DNA of 64,000 bases from Candidatus Cloacimonadales bacterium (GCA_963677495.2 CAXXOU010000002.1:288001-352000), one strand, 5' to 3'. Positions 22,301 to 31,880 are shown, counted from the first letter of the stretch. Notes: a model not told the origin generated them from the letters alone. A program made the numbers and translations.

Positions 22301-22400
22301 GACAAATGCTTTCACAAAACTCTTTGAGAACAAAGAGTTTTATGATATTGTAATGGCTGAGATTGGGAGAGAGGTATATAGACAGTTGAGGAATGATTAA
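19395..22400 (+). CDS. hsdR: Type I restriction endonuclease subunit R
   Basis: D..LNGIP..ELK nuclease motif, HSAGSGKS, DEAH, FTATP, TGFD, QTLSRLNR. Confidence 0.95.
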   Translation: MSIERTEKRFEADIEDYLLNEGGYRTANKDNYDAGKAINLTELIGFIKDTQPKMWERYEKTYGDEVEKKLFKRFNEEVNHHGLLHVLRNGINDRGVKFKLAYFKPESGLNHKLIDRYNLNRLSLTRQFYYSTENRNSIDMVLSLNGIPIVALELKNQLTGQSVENGKSQYCYDRNPREFCFNFNKRILVYFAVDLYNVEMTTRLQGKDTYSLPFNQGSNGAGNVGGVGNPENPNGYATSYLWEKVLHKDALMNILHRFIHLSKEKKSTKLIFPRYHQLDVVTKLIADVKENGSGHNYLVQHSAGSGKSNSIAWTCYRLASLHDEHDNNIFTSVIVVTDRRVLDSQLQETISAFDHKFGLVETIGEGKSSKDLRDAINSGKKIIVTTLQKFPVIYKEVDDNTGKRFAIIVDEAHSSQTGSSAQKLKTALADTEDARNEYAELIDEDEIEDFEDKIVKEMLSHGKHKNLSFFAFTATPKQKTLEMFGEKMKDGTFRPFHVYSMRQAIEEGFILDVLKNYMTYETCYKIAKNSPDNPELEESQTRRAIRRFESLHDYNLQQKTMVMVESFRENTANKIMGKAKAMVVTPSRMHAVRYYQQFVNYIKLKGYEIGVLVAFSGTVDDKGEEYTEVGLNTKANGERISEKQLPNAFHSDKYQILIVADKYQTGFDEPLLHTMFVDKPLKGVKAVQTLSRLNRIAKGKNDTFIMDFANEAEDIKASFQPYFEETLLDEEINVNLIYDTRTNLHAMMLYNESDIETFNKIYYKSGKQSPTDLGKITSRFKPIIESYNRLDDDNRFKFKKGVRNFVKWYAYIIQIVRMFDKELHREYNFLTYLNKLLPNDVREGVHIDDKIKLEYYKLDKTYEGDIVLEQASYDKTLVNPKTVDAGQKQDPKSELLDVIIDQVNQRFSGKFSEADRVIVETLLGKVVFGNEKLRKKWKKQAKNNNAEIFQDSIFPKIFKDIANDCYVEQTNAFTKLFENKEFYDIVMAEIGREVYRQLRND

Positions 22401-22437
22401 GTATTTACAAACTTAACTTTACGCTTATTGGAGGATT

Positions 22438-23301
22438 ATGAACACTTTTGATTTCAACAATACAACAACAGATTACAGTGGTTATCTTGATTTCATCAAT
22501 CTATATCACCTTCATTCTAAAAAAACAGATACACTCAATTCATTAGATATATATAATTGGTTTGATGCAAATTTATGCTCACCATTGGGAGCCATTCTTG
22601 ATTTATTGCAGAGTCAAGATGTTGATATGGAGTTTAACCAGATTGAAAGTGGTGCAATGCGGATAATGCAAAAGAATGACTTTCTTTCGTATTATGGTTA
22701 TACAAGAAGGTATGATGAATTTGGCACTACTATTCGATATAGAAAATTCAAGCCAAATGATAACAAACTGTTTGCTAATTATGTAAAAGAAAATCTTTTA
22801 GAACATCCTGAAATGCCAAATATATCTATAGAATTAAAAATGAAGTTTATGGAGATTCTGACTGAACTATTCGAAAATGCACGAATGCATAGTGAAACTA
22901 AATCTGTTTATGCTTGTGGTCAGTTCTTTCCTAAAAAGCATGAAATCAAGTTCTCTTTGACTGATTCAGGGGTTGGATTTAGAAACAGAATCAACAGTAC
23001 TTTCCAAACAAGTCTAAAAGCTATCGATGCAATCGAATGGGCTTTAGTGGAAAGTCATTCAACTAAACAGAACACATCCGGTGGATTAGGATTGAGCATT
23101 TTAAAAGAATTTATTTGCCTAAATAGTGGACTGATTCAAATTGTCAGTGATAATGGATTTTATTCGATGAGTAAAGATGGTGTTTCAAGTAAAGAATACG
23201 GTAACCCCTTTCCGGGAACAATGATAAATCTGACTTTCCGGACTGATGACACAAACTCTTATTCTCTTGCTAACAAAGAAGAATTAGGTGACCTATTTTA
23301 G
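22438..23301 (+). CDS. GHKL/HATPase_c ATP-binding protein (anti-sigma-kinase-like)
   Basis: N-box ELFENARMHS, G1 DSGVG, G2 STK...GGLGL, G3 FPGT. Confidence 0.8.
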   Translation: MNTFDFNNTTTDYSGYLDFINLYHLHSKKTDTLNSLDIYNWFDANLCSPLGAILDLLQSQDVDMEFNQIESGAMRIMQKNDFLSYYGYTRRYDEFGTTIRYRKFKPNDNKLFANYVKENLLEHPEMPNISIELKMKFMEILTELFENARMHSETKSVYACGQFFPKKHEIKFSLTDSGVGFRNRINSTFQTSLKAIDAIEWALVESHSTKQNTSGGLGLSILKEFICLNSGLIQIVSDNGFYSMSKDGVSSKEYGNPFPGTMINLTFRTDDTNSYSLANKEELGDLF

Positions 23302-23311
23302 GAGAAGATTG

Positions 23312-23659
23312 ATGAAAGACTTAAGAATCGAAATAATCAATATTGTTGGTAGTGAATACTGCATTGAAGCAGAAGATGGACAGTTAGTATATGAACAGAT
23401 TAGAAAAGCTATTGATAATGGTAATAAAATAATCCTATCTTTCAACAATGTTGAGATTTTAACTACCTCATTCCTCAATACAGCTGTAGGACAACTTTAT
23501 AAAGAGTATAAAGATGAACAAGTTAAAGAGATTATGTCCGTAGAGAACATGTCCCCATCTGATCAGGCAAAACTAAAAAGAGTAAATGATACCGCTAAGC
23601 TATACTATAAAGATCCTGATAGACTAAAGAGAAGCCTTGATGCTGTAATGGAAGATTGA
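23312..23659 (+). CDS. STAS-like domain protein (DUF4325-like)
   Basis: ~115 aa; DG..VY...LSFNNVEILTTSFLN.AVGQL pattern; start after GGAG. Confidence 0.78.
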   Translation: MKDLRIEIINIVGSEYCIEAEDGQLVYEQIRKAIDNGNKIILSFNNVEILTTSFLNTAVGQLYKEYKDEQVKEIMSVENMSPSDQAKLKRVNDTAKLYYKDPDRLKRSLDAVMED

Positions 23660-23660
23660 T

Positions 23661-24206
23661 ATGAAAAGGTACTCCTTAAAAGATGTAGATAGTGTAAAAG
23701 ATAGGAGAATCTTTTTTGATACTAATATCCTTATCTTTCTTTTTGGTACACATACTCAAGATAGATATAGACAAAACCTATATGCTAAACTCTACAAGAT
23801 GTTATTGAGTCCTAAGAGCTTATTCTACGTCGACTTTATAGTTGTTTCAGAATTTATTAACAGACTAAGCCGTGTAGAATATGAGAATTATTTAAATTTC
23901 CATAATTTGCAGAGAAGTGAATTCTCATATAAAAAATATAGAAATACAGATGAAGGTACTACAACCATCAAAGGAATCTATTCAACTGCAATAGATGATA
24001 TTTTAAATAAATTCCTAATTACTGGAAAGCAATTTATAAGAAAAGATCTTGAAAGTTTCCTACAAATTAATGACTTAGATTTTTCCGATAAAGCAATTGA
24101 ACTGGTTTGTAAAGAGAATAACTTTGTGTTATTCACTGATGATAGAGACTTTGCTGATTCAGATATAGATATCCTAAGTGCCAATGGAAGCATCGTTGAA
24201 CAATAG
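23661..24206 (+). CDS. PIN-domain ribonuclease
   Basis: IFFDTNIL, VVSEF, DFSD, LFTDDRDF acidic tetrad. Confidence 0.85.
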   Translation: MKRYSLKDVDSVKDRRIFFDTNILIFLFGTHTQDRYRQNLYAKLYKMLLSPKSLFYVDFIVVSEFINRLSRVEYENYLNFHNLQRSEFSYKKYRNTDEGTTTIKGIYSTAIDDILNKFLITGKQFIRKDLESFLQINDLDFSDKAIELVCKENNFVLFTDDRDFADSDIDILSANGSIVEQ

Positions 24207-24223
24207 AATATTAATAACTCTCT

Positions 24224-24246
24224 AGGTCGTTTCAAGCGACCTTTCC
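24224..24246 (+). terminator. Possible terminator ending the RM-triad operon
   Basis: AGGTCG / CGACCT hairpin followed by TTCC. Confidence 0.45.
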
Positions 24247-24536
24247 TTATCTCTCACAAAATCTAAACAATTTTTACCCCTCACTAGCTCTTCTCAAAAC
24301 AGGTATTCAGTCCCTCTAATGGAAAACACAAGTGAGGAAAGGTTCAGAAAATACCTTAAATTCCCAAAAAGCGTGAGCTACAACTAATAGAGGTATAAAT
24401 AATAATTACCAATTATGAATTAGGAATTTACTTGCAGTTTGCAAGACTCGTGGTATCAATGGTTTTTAGGAAGGAAATTTATTTACAATTTCTTTAATAA
24501 TTGAAAGTTGGCATCATATTTGAGCTGGAGGAAAAG

Positions 24537-24893
24537 ATGCTTAGAACAATGCTTTACGCGAAGATACATAGAGCGACTATTACAGAGACCGACCTTGATT
24601 ATGTCGGTAGTATAACTATTGATAAAGATTTGTTAGATGAAACCGGAATCTTACCTAATGAGAAGGTTGAAATCTATGATATAGACAATGGTAACCGTTT
24701 TGCAACCTACGTGATTGAAGGTGAAGCCGGTAGTGGTATTATCGGTGTAAATGGTGCAGCTGCACGTCTTGTCCGTCGTGGTGATAAGGTTATAATTGTG
24801 AACTTTGTTGAACTTCACACTGATGAACTTGAAGGACATAAGCCAAACGTTGTTATTGTTGACGATGAGAACAAAGTAATCGACCGCAAATAG
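24537..24893 (+). CDS. panD: Aspartate 1-decarboxylase
   Basis: KIHRAT, Y.GSITID autocleavage site, NGAAAR; start after GGAGG. Confidence 0.97.
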   Translation: MLRTMLYAKIHRATITETDLDYVGSITIDKDLLDETGILPNEKVEIYDIDNGNRFATYVIEGEAGSGIIGVNGAAARLVRRGDKVIIVNFVELHTDELEGHKPNVVIVDDENKVIDRK

Positions 24894-24900
24894 AGAGATT

Positions 24901-25737
24901 ATGGAAGTTATCAAGACAGTTGAAGAGATGCAAAATCTCACTCGTAAAGCTATGTGGAATCGTAAGGTTGGTTTTGTACCAACAATGGGCGCATTGCATA
25001 AAGGGCATATTAGTTTAGCTGAGCAAGCCAAGAAGGAATGTTCATTAGTTGTAATGAGTATTTATGTGAATCCAAGTCAGTTTGGCCCAAATGAAGATCT
25101 TGATAACTACCCTAGAACCTTGGATGCAGACCTTCAGAAAGCTAACGATGCCGGTGTTGATATTGTTTTTCTGCCAACTGACAAGGAGATTTATCCAGAG
25201 GGATATAGCAGTTGGGTGAATGTTGATGGACTTACAAATGTTCTTTGCGGGGCATCTCGACCCGGTCACTTTAGAGGAGTAACTACAATTGTTGCGAAAC
25301 TGATGAACATTGTTAAACCCAACTTCATGTATATGGGAGAGAAGGATTATCAACAGATAGCAGTGTTGAACAAGATGATTATAGACCTAAATTTTTCTAC
25401 TATCATTCGATCTTGCCCAATTATCAGAGAATCGGATGGACTTGCAATGAGTTCTAGAAATAAATATCTCTCTAAGCTTGAAAGAGAAAATGCTTTATGC
25501 TTAAGCAATGCAATTAAACAAGCAAAATTGCTATATAAATCAGGTGAAACTGACGTTGCTAAACTTAGATTTGAAATGGAATCGATAGTAAAAAATGCAG
25601 ATGGGAAGATAGATTATATTGAATTTGTTGACAAAGAAACTTTACAGTCTAAAGTTGAGGTTGATGACAATACAAGAGTTATAATGGCAGTTTACATTGG
25701 CTCTACAAGATTAATTGATAATTCAGACTTGAGGTAA
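24901..25737 (+). CDS. panC: Pantoate--beta-alanine ligase
   Basis: FVPTMGALHKGH, RPGHF, GEKDYQQ, GLAMSSRN, RLIDN. Confidence 0.97.
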   Translation: MEVIKTVEEMQNLTRKAMWNRKVGFVPTMGALHKGHISLAEQAKKECSLVVMSIYVNPSQFGPNEDLDNYPRTLDADLQKANDAGVDIVFLPTDKEIYPEGYSSWVNVDGLTNVLCGASRPGHFRGVTTIVAKLMNIVKPNFMYMGEKDYQQIAVLNKMIIDLNFSTIIRSCPIIRESDGLAMSSRNKYLSKLERENALCLSNAIKQAKLLYKSGETDVAKLRFEMESIVKNADGKIDYIEFVDKETLQSKVEVDDNTRVIMAVYIGSTRLIDNSDLR

Positions 25738-25738
25738 T

Positions 25739-26503
25739 ATGGCTGATAAAAGTGTATGGTTTGAGACAGTTAAGCACTATATCAATGTGCTAGTTGGTAT
25801 GATTGTAATTTTTGGTGTTGTAACAGGTTTGTATTTCGGGTGGTATCAATCCCGCTCAGGTAAGATGATTTGGGTTTCAAATAGCTACCATTTAGCAACA
25901 TCTCTCCATTGTTCCTCTGCAAAAGAGCAATACATGAAGATTATTAACAGCATCGAGAAAGAACTGAATAGCTCAAAGCTTACAGAGAATAAGATTGATG
26001 CCAGTGAAGCCTCTTTGGCATACCAACTTGCTGTTAAAGATATTTCAATGATAGTGCTGTTGCAAACAATACATCATGATGATAAGTATACTGATAAAAC
26101 AGACCTCGTTAGAGATCAATTCAATTCAATAGTTATCAAGAATAATCTACCTCGTGAACAAGCTAAAGAGATAAGCAAGAATGCTTATGAATATATCAAA
26201 GTTTTAGATTCTCTCCAAGCTGAACACCAAAATGATAATGTTATCTTGGAAGCAAAGATTAAAACATGGCGTAAACGAAGAACATATCATTTCCTAGGTT
26301 TCTTAGTGCTTATTCTGATTATCGGATTTGGACTTGTAAGGCGAATTACAAGCTTAATTAAAATGATTCTATTTAGATTACTAGAAGAGAGTGATGAAAG
26401 GGAATCTGAACGAAAAGTATTAAAGAAAAGGGAAGAGGAGATAGAAGAGCTTCGTTCTATTATCTATAGAGTTAAGCAGGAACATCCAGAAATAGAGCTA
26501 TAA
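25739..26503 (+). CDS. Hypothetical membrane protein (two TM segments around a soluble domain)
   Basis: 254-aa ORF tightly coupled to panC; two hydrophobic stretches; coiled-coil-like C-terminus. Confidence 0.7.
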   Translation: MADKSVWFETVKHYINVLVGMIVIFGVVTGLYFGWYQSRSGKMIWVSNSYHLATSLHCSSAKEQYMKIINSIEKELNSSKLTENKIDASEASLAYQLAVKDISMIVLLQTIHHDDKYTDKTDLVRDQFNSIVIKNNLPREQAKEISKNAYEYIKVLDSLQAEHQNDNVILEAKIKTWRKRRTYHFLGFLVLILIIGFGLVRRITSLIKMILFRLLEESDERESERKVLKKREEEIEELRSIIYRVKQEHPEIEL

Positions 26504-26507
26504 TCCT

Positions 26508-27473
26508 TTGCAAAATCCCATAAAGATTCTTTTCTTTAGTGATACACATCTGGGGTTCGATTATCCTGTGAATCCAAAGATTCAACGTCGACGCAGAGGG
26601 GATGATTTTTTCAATAACTTCGAGCAAGTACTAGATATTGCCCACAAAGAGAACTTTGATTTAGTTATCCATGGTGGAGATCTTTTCTTTAGAAGTAAAA
26701 TTCCTCCGATGATTGTCGATAAAGTCTATCTTGAACTTCTCAAGTTCTCAAAACATGGTATACCAATAGTAATTGTACCCGGCAACCATGAACGTTCTAT
26801 TTTACCTGAATCAATCTTATTGGCAACCCCTGAGATTAACATCTTTCAAGAACCGAACAGGTTTACATTTCGAATAAAAGACAGGACAATATCAGTTTCC
26901 GGCTTCCCATTTGTACGTGGGGATATTAGAGCTACATTTACGGATATTGTGACAGAGTTAACCAATGTCAAGCGGAGTGACATAGAATTACTTGTTGTGC
27001 ACCACCCATTCGATGGGGCACAAGTCGGACCGCAGGAATTCACATTCTTTAAACGTGAAGATACAATAGCATTATCCCCTTTATTGACATACTATGATAT
27101 GATTTTAGCAGGACACATTCATAGGCGGCAAGTTCTTAAACTAAAAGATACTCCTATAGTATTTAGTGGATCAATTGAGCGTACTTCCATTGCTGAAATT
27201 GGGGAGCAAAAGGGATTTGTGGAGATAGTTATTGATGATACTGTTGCTTTCAAGTTTAGGGACCTTTATGCGAGACCAATGTATGTTTTAGATATCCCCA
27301 ATGTAGATAATTTAGAGTCAGAAGTAGTTAAAGCTATTTCAACTCTGGAAAAGGACAGTATTGTTTACATTAAATTCACAGATAAATCATATCTTAGTGA
27401 TTCACATCTTAGAGAGTTAGCACCTGATACAATGAATATTCAATCAACAGGATACAGAAAAAGGCGATCATAA
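26508..27473 (+). CDS. SbcD/Mre11-like metallophosphoesterase nuclease
   Basis: SDTHLG, GGDLF, PGNHE, GHIH, FSGS. Confidence 0.85.
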   Translation: MQNPIKILFFSDTHLGFDYPVNPKIQRRRRGDDFFNNFEQVLDIAHKENFDLVIHGGDLFFRSKIPPMIVDKVYLELLKFSKHGIPIVIVPGNHERSILPESILLATPEINIFQEPNRFTFRIKDRTISVSGFPFVRGDIRATFTDIVTELTNVKRSDIELLVVHHPFDGAQVGPQEFTFFKREDTIALSPLLTYYDMILAGHIHRRQVLKLKDTPIVFSGSIERTSIAEIGEQKGFVEIVIDDTVAFKFRDLYARPMYVLDIPNVDNLESEVVKAISTLEKDSIVYIKFTDKSYLSDSHLRELAPDTMNIQSTGYRKRRS

Positions 27474-27485
27474 AGATCGCCTTTT
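27459..27485. terminator. Bidirectional terminator between convergent genes
   Basis: AAAAGGCGATC / GATCGCCTTTT. Confidence 0.75.
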
Positions 27486-27503
27486 CCAATTTATAAGTGA
27501 AGA

Positions 27504-29597
27504 CTATTCTTCAGTCTTTTTCTCTTCAGAAGCTTCAATAACTTCCTCTTCAACTACAGGTACCTCTTCAACAGCAGGAGCTGTCTCTTCAGCAACCGGA
27601 GCTTTCTGTTTTGTTTCTTCAACTACTTCAGGTTCTGGAGTTACTTCTTCAGTTGCAGGAGCTGTTTCTTCAACAGCAGGCTCAGTAACAACTTCTTCTG
27701 CTACAGGAGCTTCTACAACTTCCTCTTTCTTAGCTTCTTTTCTTTCTGCTTTAGAAGCTTCTTTTTTCTTAGCAGCTTTCTTCTTTCTGTCCTCTTTACG
27801 CTTTCTGTCTTCTTCGAGGTGCTTCATAATCTCTTCATGCTGTTCATTATGGAACTGAACATAAGTTTCTTGAAGTTCAAGGTCTCTTGAGAAGAAGTAA
27901 GCTTTAACTGAGAGGATAAGACGACGGTTTTCCATATCAAGTTCGATAACTTTAAGTGGAAGTTCTTCGTTCATCTTAAAGAACTCTTCCGGATGCTCTA
28001 AGTTTGGAATTGCAAGATGAGAGATAGGTACGAAACCTTCTACTGATGTTCCTTCTACAGGAATATCAACTAAAAGACCCTTAGGGATAAGCTTAGATAC
28101 TTTACCGATAATCTCAGTGTTGAGAGGTAATAATGTATCAAGACTGTTCCATGGATCTGTGCTCATCTGTTTGATTCCAAGAGCGATACGATGGAGAGTT
28201 CTGTCTACAGCAAGAACTATTGCTTTAACCATCTGTCCTTTCTTGAACATTTCTCTTGGATGATAGATACGTTTTGTCCATGAGATATCGGAGATGTGAA
28301 CGAGACCATCAATACCATCTTCGAGTTCAAGGAATACACCAAACTCAGTGATATTCTTAACTTTACGCTCGATAGTAGTTCCGATAGGATATCTTTCATC
28401 AATTGAAACCCAAGGGTTAGGGAACATCTGTTTCATTCCAAGAGAGATCTTATGGTTCTCTTTATCAATTGCTAATACAATAGCATTAACTGTTTCACCA
28501 ATCTTCACATATTTGTGAGGGTTTACAATAGATTTAGTCCATGACATTTCTGAAACATGGATTAAACCTTCAACACCTGGCTCAAGCTCAACGAATGCAC
28601 CGTAATTTACGATGTTTACAATTTTACCTTTAACCTGCTTACCTTCTGGGTAGTTTGCATCAACATTTGCCCATGGTTCAGGAACGAGTTGTTTGAGTCC
28701 AAGTGCTACGCGACCGCTTTCTTTATCGAAATCGATCACTTTTACTTTGAGCTTGTCGCCAATATTCAACATCTCTGATGGGTGGTTAATTCTTCCCCAA
28801 GACATATCCTGGATATGAAGAAGACCATCAATTCCACCGAGGTCGATAAATGCGCCGTAATTAGTGATGTTTTTAACTTCACCTTCAAGCTCTGCATCAA
28901 TTTTAATACTGTCGATAATTTCATGTTTTCTGCTTTCAAGGTCTTCTTCAAGAACTTTCTTGCGAGAAACGATGATGTTACGACGTTCTTCATCTAACTT
29001 AATGATGTAGAAAGTGTGTTCTTTACCAATAAACTGGTCCAGGTTAGGAATAGGTTTGAGAGCGATCTGTGAACCTGGTAAGAAAGCTTCCAGTCCTAAG
29101 ATCTCTACAATCATTCCACCTTTAACTCTGCGTCTAAGAATGCCTTGCACACGGTCTTGTGCTTCATAGATCTCTTTAACCTTAACAAGGTTAACTTTGA
29201 AATCTGCTTTTTTCTTTGAAAGCTTAATTCTGCCTTCATCGAAACGTGTAACCATCACTTGGATTTCATCCATGAATGAAGGAACACCTGAATAACTGAA
29301 TTCAGAAACAGGGATAGCACCTTCAGATTTTCCGCCGATGTCTACAAGAACTTCTTTATCGTTTACAGAAACAACTGTTCCCTTCACGATTTCACCTGCT
29401 TTGTAATCCGGGAATGATTGATCGATAAGGTCGATCATTTCCTGATGCTGAGATTCCTCTTCAGTTAATGGTTTTGCATCTTTTTCCGGTGCTATTTCAG
29501 CATGCTCTTCAGCCTGGTGGCGTAAAGCCTCTTCAGCTGCAGCGAGTTCTTCTTCCGGAACTTCAGTTTTGATAATTTCGTCTTTTGTGTAATCCAT
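27504..29597 (-). CDS. rpsA: 30S ribosomal protein S1
   Basis: Six S1 repeats (YGAFIDLGGIDGLLH, EGLIHVSEMSW); start MDYTK after AGGAGG; long acidic Glu/Ala/Pro C-terminal tail. Confidence 0.96.
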   Translation of the reverse strand: MDYTKDEIIKTEVPEEELAAAEEALRHQAEEHAEIAPEKDAKPLTEEESQHQEMIDLIDQSFPDYKAGEIVKGTVVSVNDKEVLVDIGGKSEGAIPVSEFSYSGVPSFMDEIQVMVTRFDEGRIKLSKKKADFKVNLVKVKEIYEAQDRVQGILRRRVKGGMIVEILGLEAFLPGSQIALKPIPNLDQFIGKEHTFYIIKLDEERRNIIVSRKKVLEEDLESRKHEIIDSIKIDAELEGEVKNITNYGAFIDLGGIDGLLHIQDMSWGRINHPSEMLNIGDKLKVKVIDFDKESGRVALGLKQLVPEPWANVDANYPEGKQVKGKIVNIVNYGAFVELEPGVEGLIHVSEMSWTKSIVNPHKYVKIGETVNAIVLAIDKENHKISLGMKQMFPNPWVSIDERYPIGTTIERKVKNITEFGVFLELEDGIDGLVHISDISWTKRIYHPREMFKKGQMVKAIVLAVDRTLHRIALGIKQMSTDPWNSLDTLLPLNTEIIGKVSKLIPKGLLVDIPVEGTSVEGFVPISHLAIPNLEHPEEFFKMNEELPLKVIELDMENRRLILSVKAYFFSRDLELQETYVQFHNEQHEEIMKHLEEDRKRKEDRKKKAAKKKEASKAERKEAKKEEVVEAPVAEEVVTEPAVEETAPATEEVTPEPEVVEETKQKAPVAEETAPAVEEVPVVEEEVIEASEEKKTEE

Positions 29598-29610
29598 TCT
29601 TCCTCCTGAA

Positions 29611-30486
29611 TTAGTGGACTGGAATATCTGTGACATTGTCTGCCTTGGACAGATCCCCAAACCAATCTATTAATTTATTATATATTTCTACGATTATGAC
29701 ATCCGGTGTGGAAGCACCGGCAGAGATACCGATTTTCTCTTTTTGCACGAACCATCCCTGCTCTAACTCCTCTGCTGTCTCAATATGATGAGTCTCTACA
29801 TGAGGAGATGAAAGCTTGGAGAGCATTCTTGTATTTGAGCTATATTTTCCTCCAATAATCAACATGACATCAACAGATTTTGCAAGTTCAACTGTATGAA
29901 ACTGCCTTACTTCTGTTGCTGTGCATATCGTATTATGAACAAGTAACTCCTGACACTCTTCCACTAAATGGCAGGTAACTTGTTTAAACCCACTTAAGTC
30001 TTTCGTGGTCTGGGAAATCAGGGCAGACTTATGATGGGGGGCTTGAATCTCTTTCTCTGAAGAAACAACAATAGCTCCTCGTTTTCTTGCAAATGAACAT
30101 AGGGACTTAACTTCCGGGTGGTCACCATCTCCATAGATGTAAACTTGATACCCGTTTGAATCTGCACTATTTACATGCTCCTGTGCCTTTTTGACGAAGG
30201 GACATGTTGCATCAATAATCTCTACTTCTTTTGCTTGCAGCTCTTCATAGGTTTCACGGGGTATTCCGTGAGAGCGAACAATAACAGGTTTATCAGTGCA
30301 TTCATCTATTGAAGTTACCGGAACAACTCCTAGCTTTGAAAGTTTCTCAACAACCTGAGGGTTATGAATAATATCTCCAAGGGTATTAACTTCTTTATAC
30401 TTCTTTGCACTTCTCTCTGCAATTTGTACTGCTCTTTTTACACCGAAACAAAATCCGGCATGCCTTGCTAAAAAGATCTGCTTCAC
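29611..30486 (-). CDS. ispH: 4-hydroxy-3-methylbut-2-enyl diphosphate reductase
   Basis: GFCFGVKRA, IHNP, DATCPFV, TICTAT, SSNT, AGASTP. Confidence 0.97.
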   Translation of the reverse strand: MKQIFLARHAGFCFGVKRAVQIAERSAKKYKEVNTLGDIIHNPQVVEKLSKLGVVPVTSIDECTDKPVIVRSHGIPRETYEELQAKEVEIIDATCPFVKKAQEHVNSADSNGYQVYIYGDGDHPEVKSLCSFARKRGAIVVSSEKEIQAPHHKSALISQTTKDLSGFKQVTCHLVEECQELLVHNTICTATEVRQFHTVELAKSVDVMLIIGGKYSSNTRMLSKLSSPHVETHHIETAEELEQGWFVQKEKIGISAGASTPDVIIVEIYNKLIDWFGDLSKADNVTDIPVH

Positions 30487-30498
30487 TATTTAAACACT

Positions 30499-31197
30499 CT
30501 ATGCGTACGCTTTATTTTTGATAATTTCCTTAATTCTACTAACCTGCTCATCAATCGATAAGCCGGTTGTGTCAATCTCGATAGCATCATCTGCTTTCTT
30601 CAAAGGAGCAAGGGCACGTGTTGAATCATTCTTATCACGCCATATTAAATCATCTCTGACTTCTTCAAAGCTGATCTCCATCCCTTTTTGCTGCAATTCA
30701 GCAAATCTCCGTTGTGCTCTTACTTCTACGTCTGCAATCATGAATAGCTTTAAGTCTGCATTGGGGAACACAACTGTTCCAATATCGCGACCATCCATTA
30801 CTACTCCACCTGCTTTTCCCATCTCACGTTGTAAATCGACAAGCTTTGTGCGCACAATGCCTATCTGCGAGATATCAGAAGCAAGCCTGGAAACCTCTTT
30901 TGTTCTGATTGCTTCACTAACATCCTCATTATTCAAGAAGATGCGGTTTCCTGTTTCACTGTATCTAATTTCGATAATTATATCCTGCATCATTTCAGTG
31001 ATAGCAGGGATGTCAGATAGAGGTATACCTAACTGCTTGGAACATAGCCCACAAGCTCTATACATAGCACCTGTGTCTATGTATATGTATTCAAGCTCTT
31101 TAGCCAACAGCTTAGCTGTTGTACTTTTGCCTGATGCAGCAGGGCCATCTAATGCGATGATTAATTTCTTATCTCTATCTTTATATATATTCTCCAT
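30499..31197 (-). CDS. cmk: Cytidylate kinase
   Basis: DGPAASGKST, DTGAMYRA, DGRDIGTVVFP. Confidence 0.97.
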   Translation of the reverse strand: MENIYKDRDKKLIIALDGPAASGKSTTAKLLAKELEYIYIDTGAMYRACGLCSKQLGIPLSDIPAITEMMQDIIIEIRYSETGNRIFLNNEDVSEAIRTKEVSRLASDISQIGIVRTKLVDLQREMGKAGGVVMDGRDIGTVVFPNADLKLFMIADVEVRAQRRFAELQQKGMEISFEEVRDDLIWRDKNDSTRALAPLKKADDAIEIDTTGLSIDEQVSRIKEIIKNKAYA

Positions 31198-31505
31198 AAT
31201 AGTACATATCCAAGAGCCTGTCCAAAACAGTCAACACTTTTTTCTCCTGTATTTATATTTCCTGTAAAACTGTTCAAAATGTCTACTTTTAATAAGTGTA
31301 AATCAATGTTTAAGTTATGTTACTTCACTGCTACTTTATGGTAAATATTTATTGTATAACATAACTCTAACGTAGCTATATAGTTGATACTATTATCGAA
31401 TCAATTGCTGTTTTCGATCATATTCGTATAATTATAGTTATTTTTCTTAACAGATTTCGAGAAAATAGATTATCATCTCTATAAGAATATTTATGGAGGT
31501 AAAAG

Positions 31506-31877
31506 ATGCGATTAGGTGCATTTTCAGTAAGCTTATCTGTAAAAGATATTAATGTTTCGAGAGAGTTTTATTTAAACCTTGGATTTGAAGAGATGGGTGG
31601 AAACATAGAGCAGAACTGGTTGATTCTTAAGAACGGGGAAACTGTGATAGGTCTCTTCCAAGGGATGTTCGAAAAGAACATTATGACCTTTAATCCCGGA
31701 TGGAATCAAAAGGCTGAGAACACAGAAGATTTTGATGATGTTAGGGTCATACAAGAAGACCTTAAATCCAAAGGGATTGAAATAATAAATGAAGCAAGTT
31801 TAGAAAGTGAAGGACCTGAGAACTTCATCGTTGTTGACCCTGATGGTAACCAGATTCTCTTCGATCAGCATAGATAA
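31506..31877 (+). CDS. VOC/glyoxalase family protein
   Basis: SLSVKDI..S..FY..LGF and DPDGN motifs; GGAGG RBS. Confidence 0.88.
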   Translation: MRLGAFSVSLSVKDINVSREFYLNLGFEEMGGNIEQNWLILKNGETVIGLFQGMFEKNIMTFNPGWNQKAENTEDFDDVRVIQEDLKSKGIEIINEASLESEGPENFIVVDPDGNQILFDQHR

Positions 31878-31880
31878 TCT

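Noticed and set aside
30518..31267. 249-aa antisense ORF over cmk
   Set aside because: Shadow ORF of a well-supported gene; no motifs.
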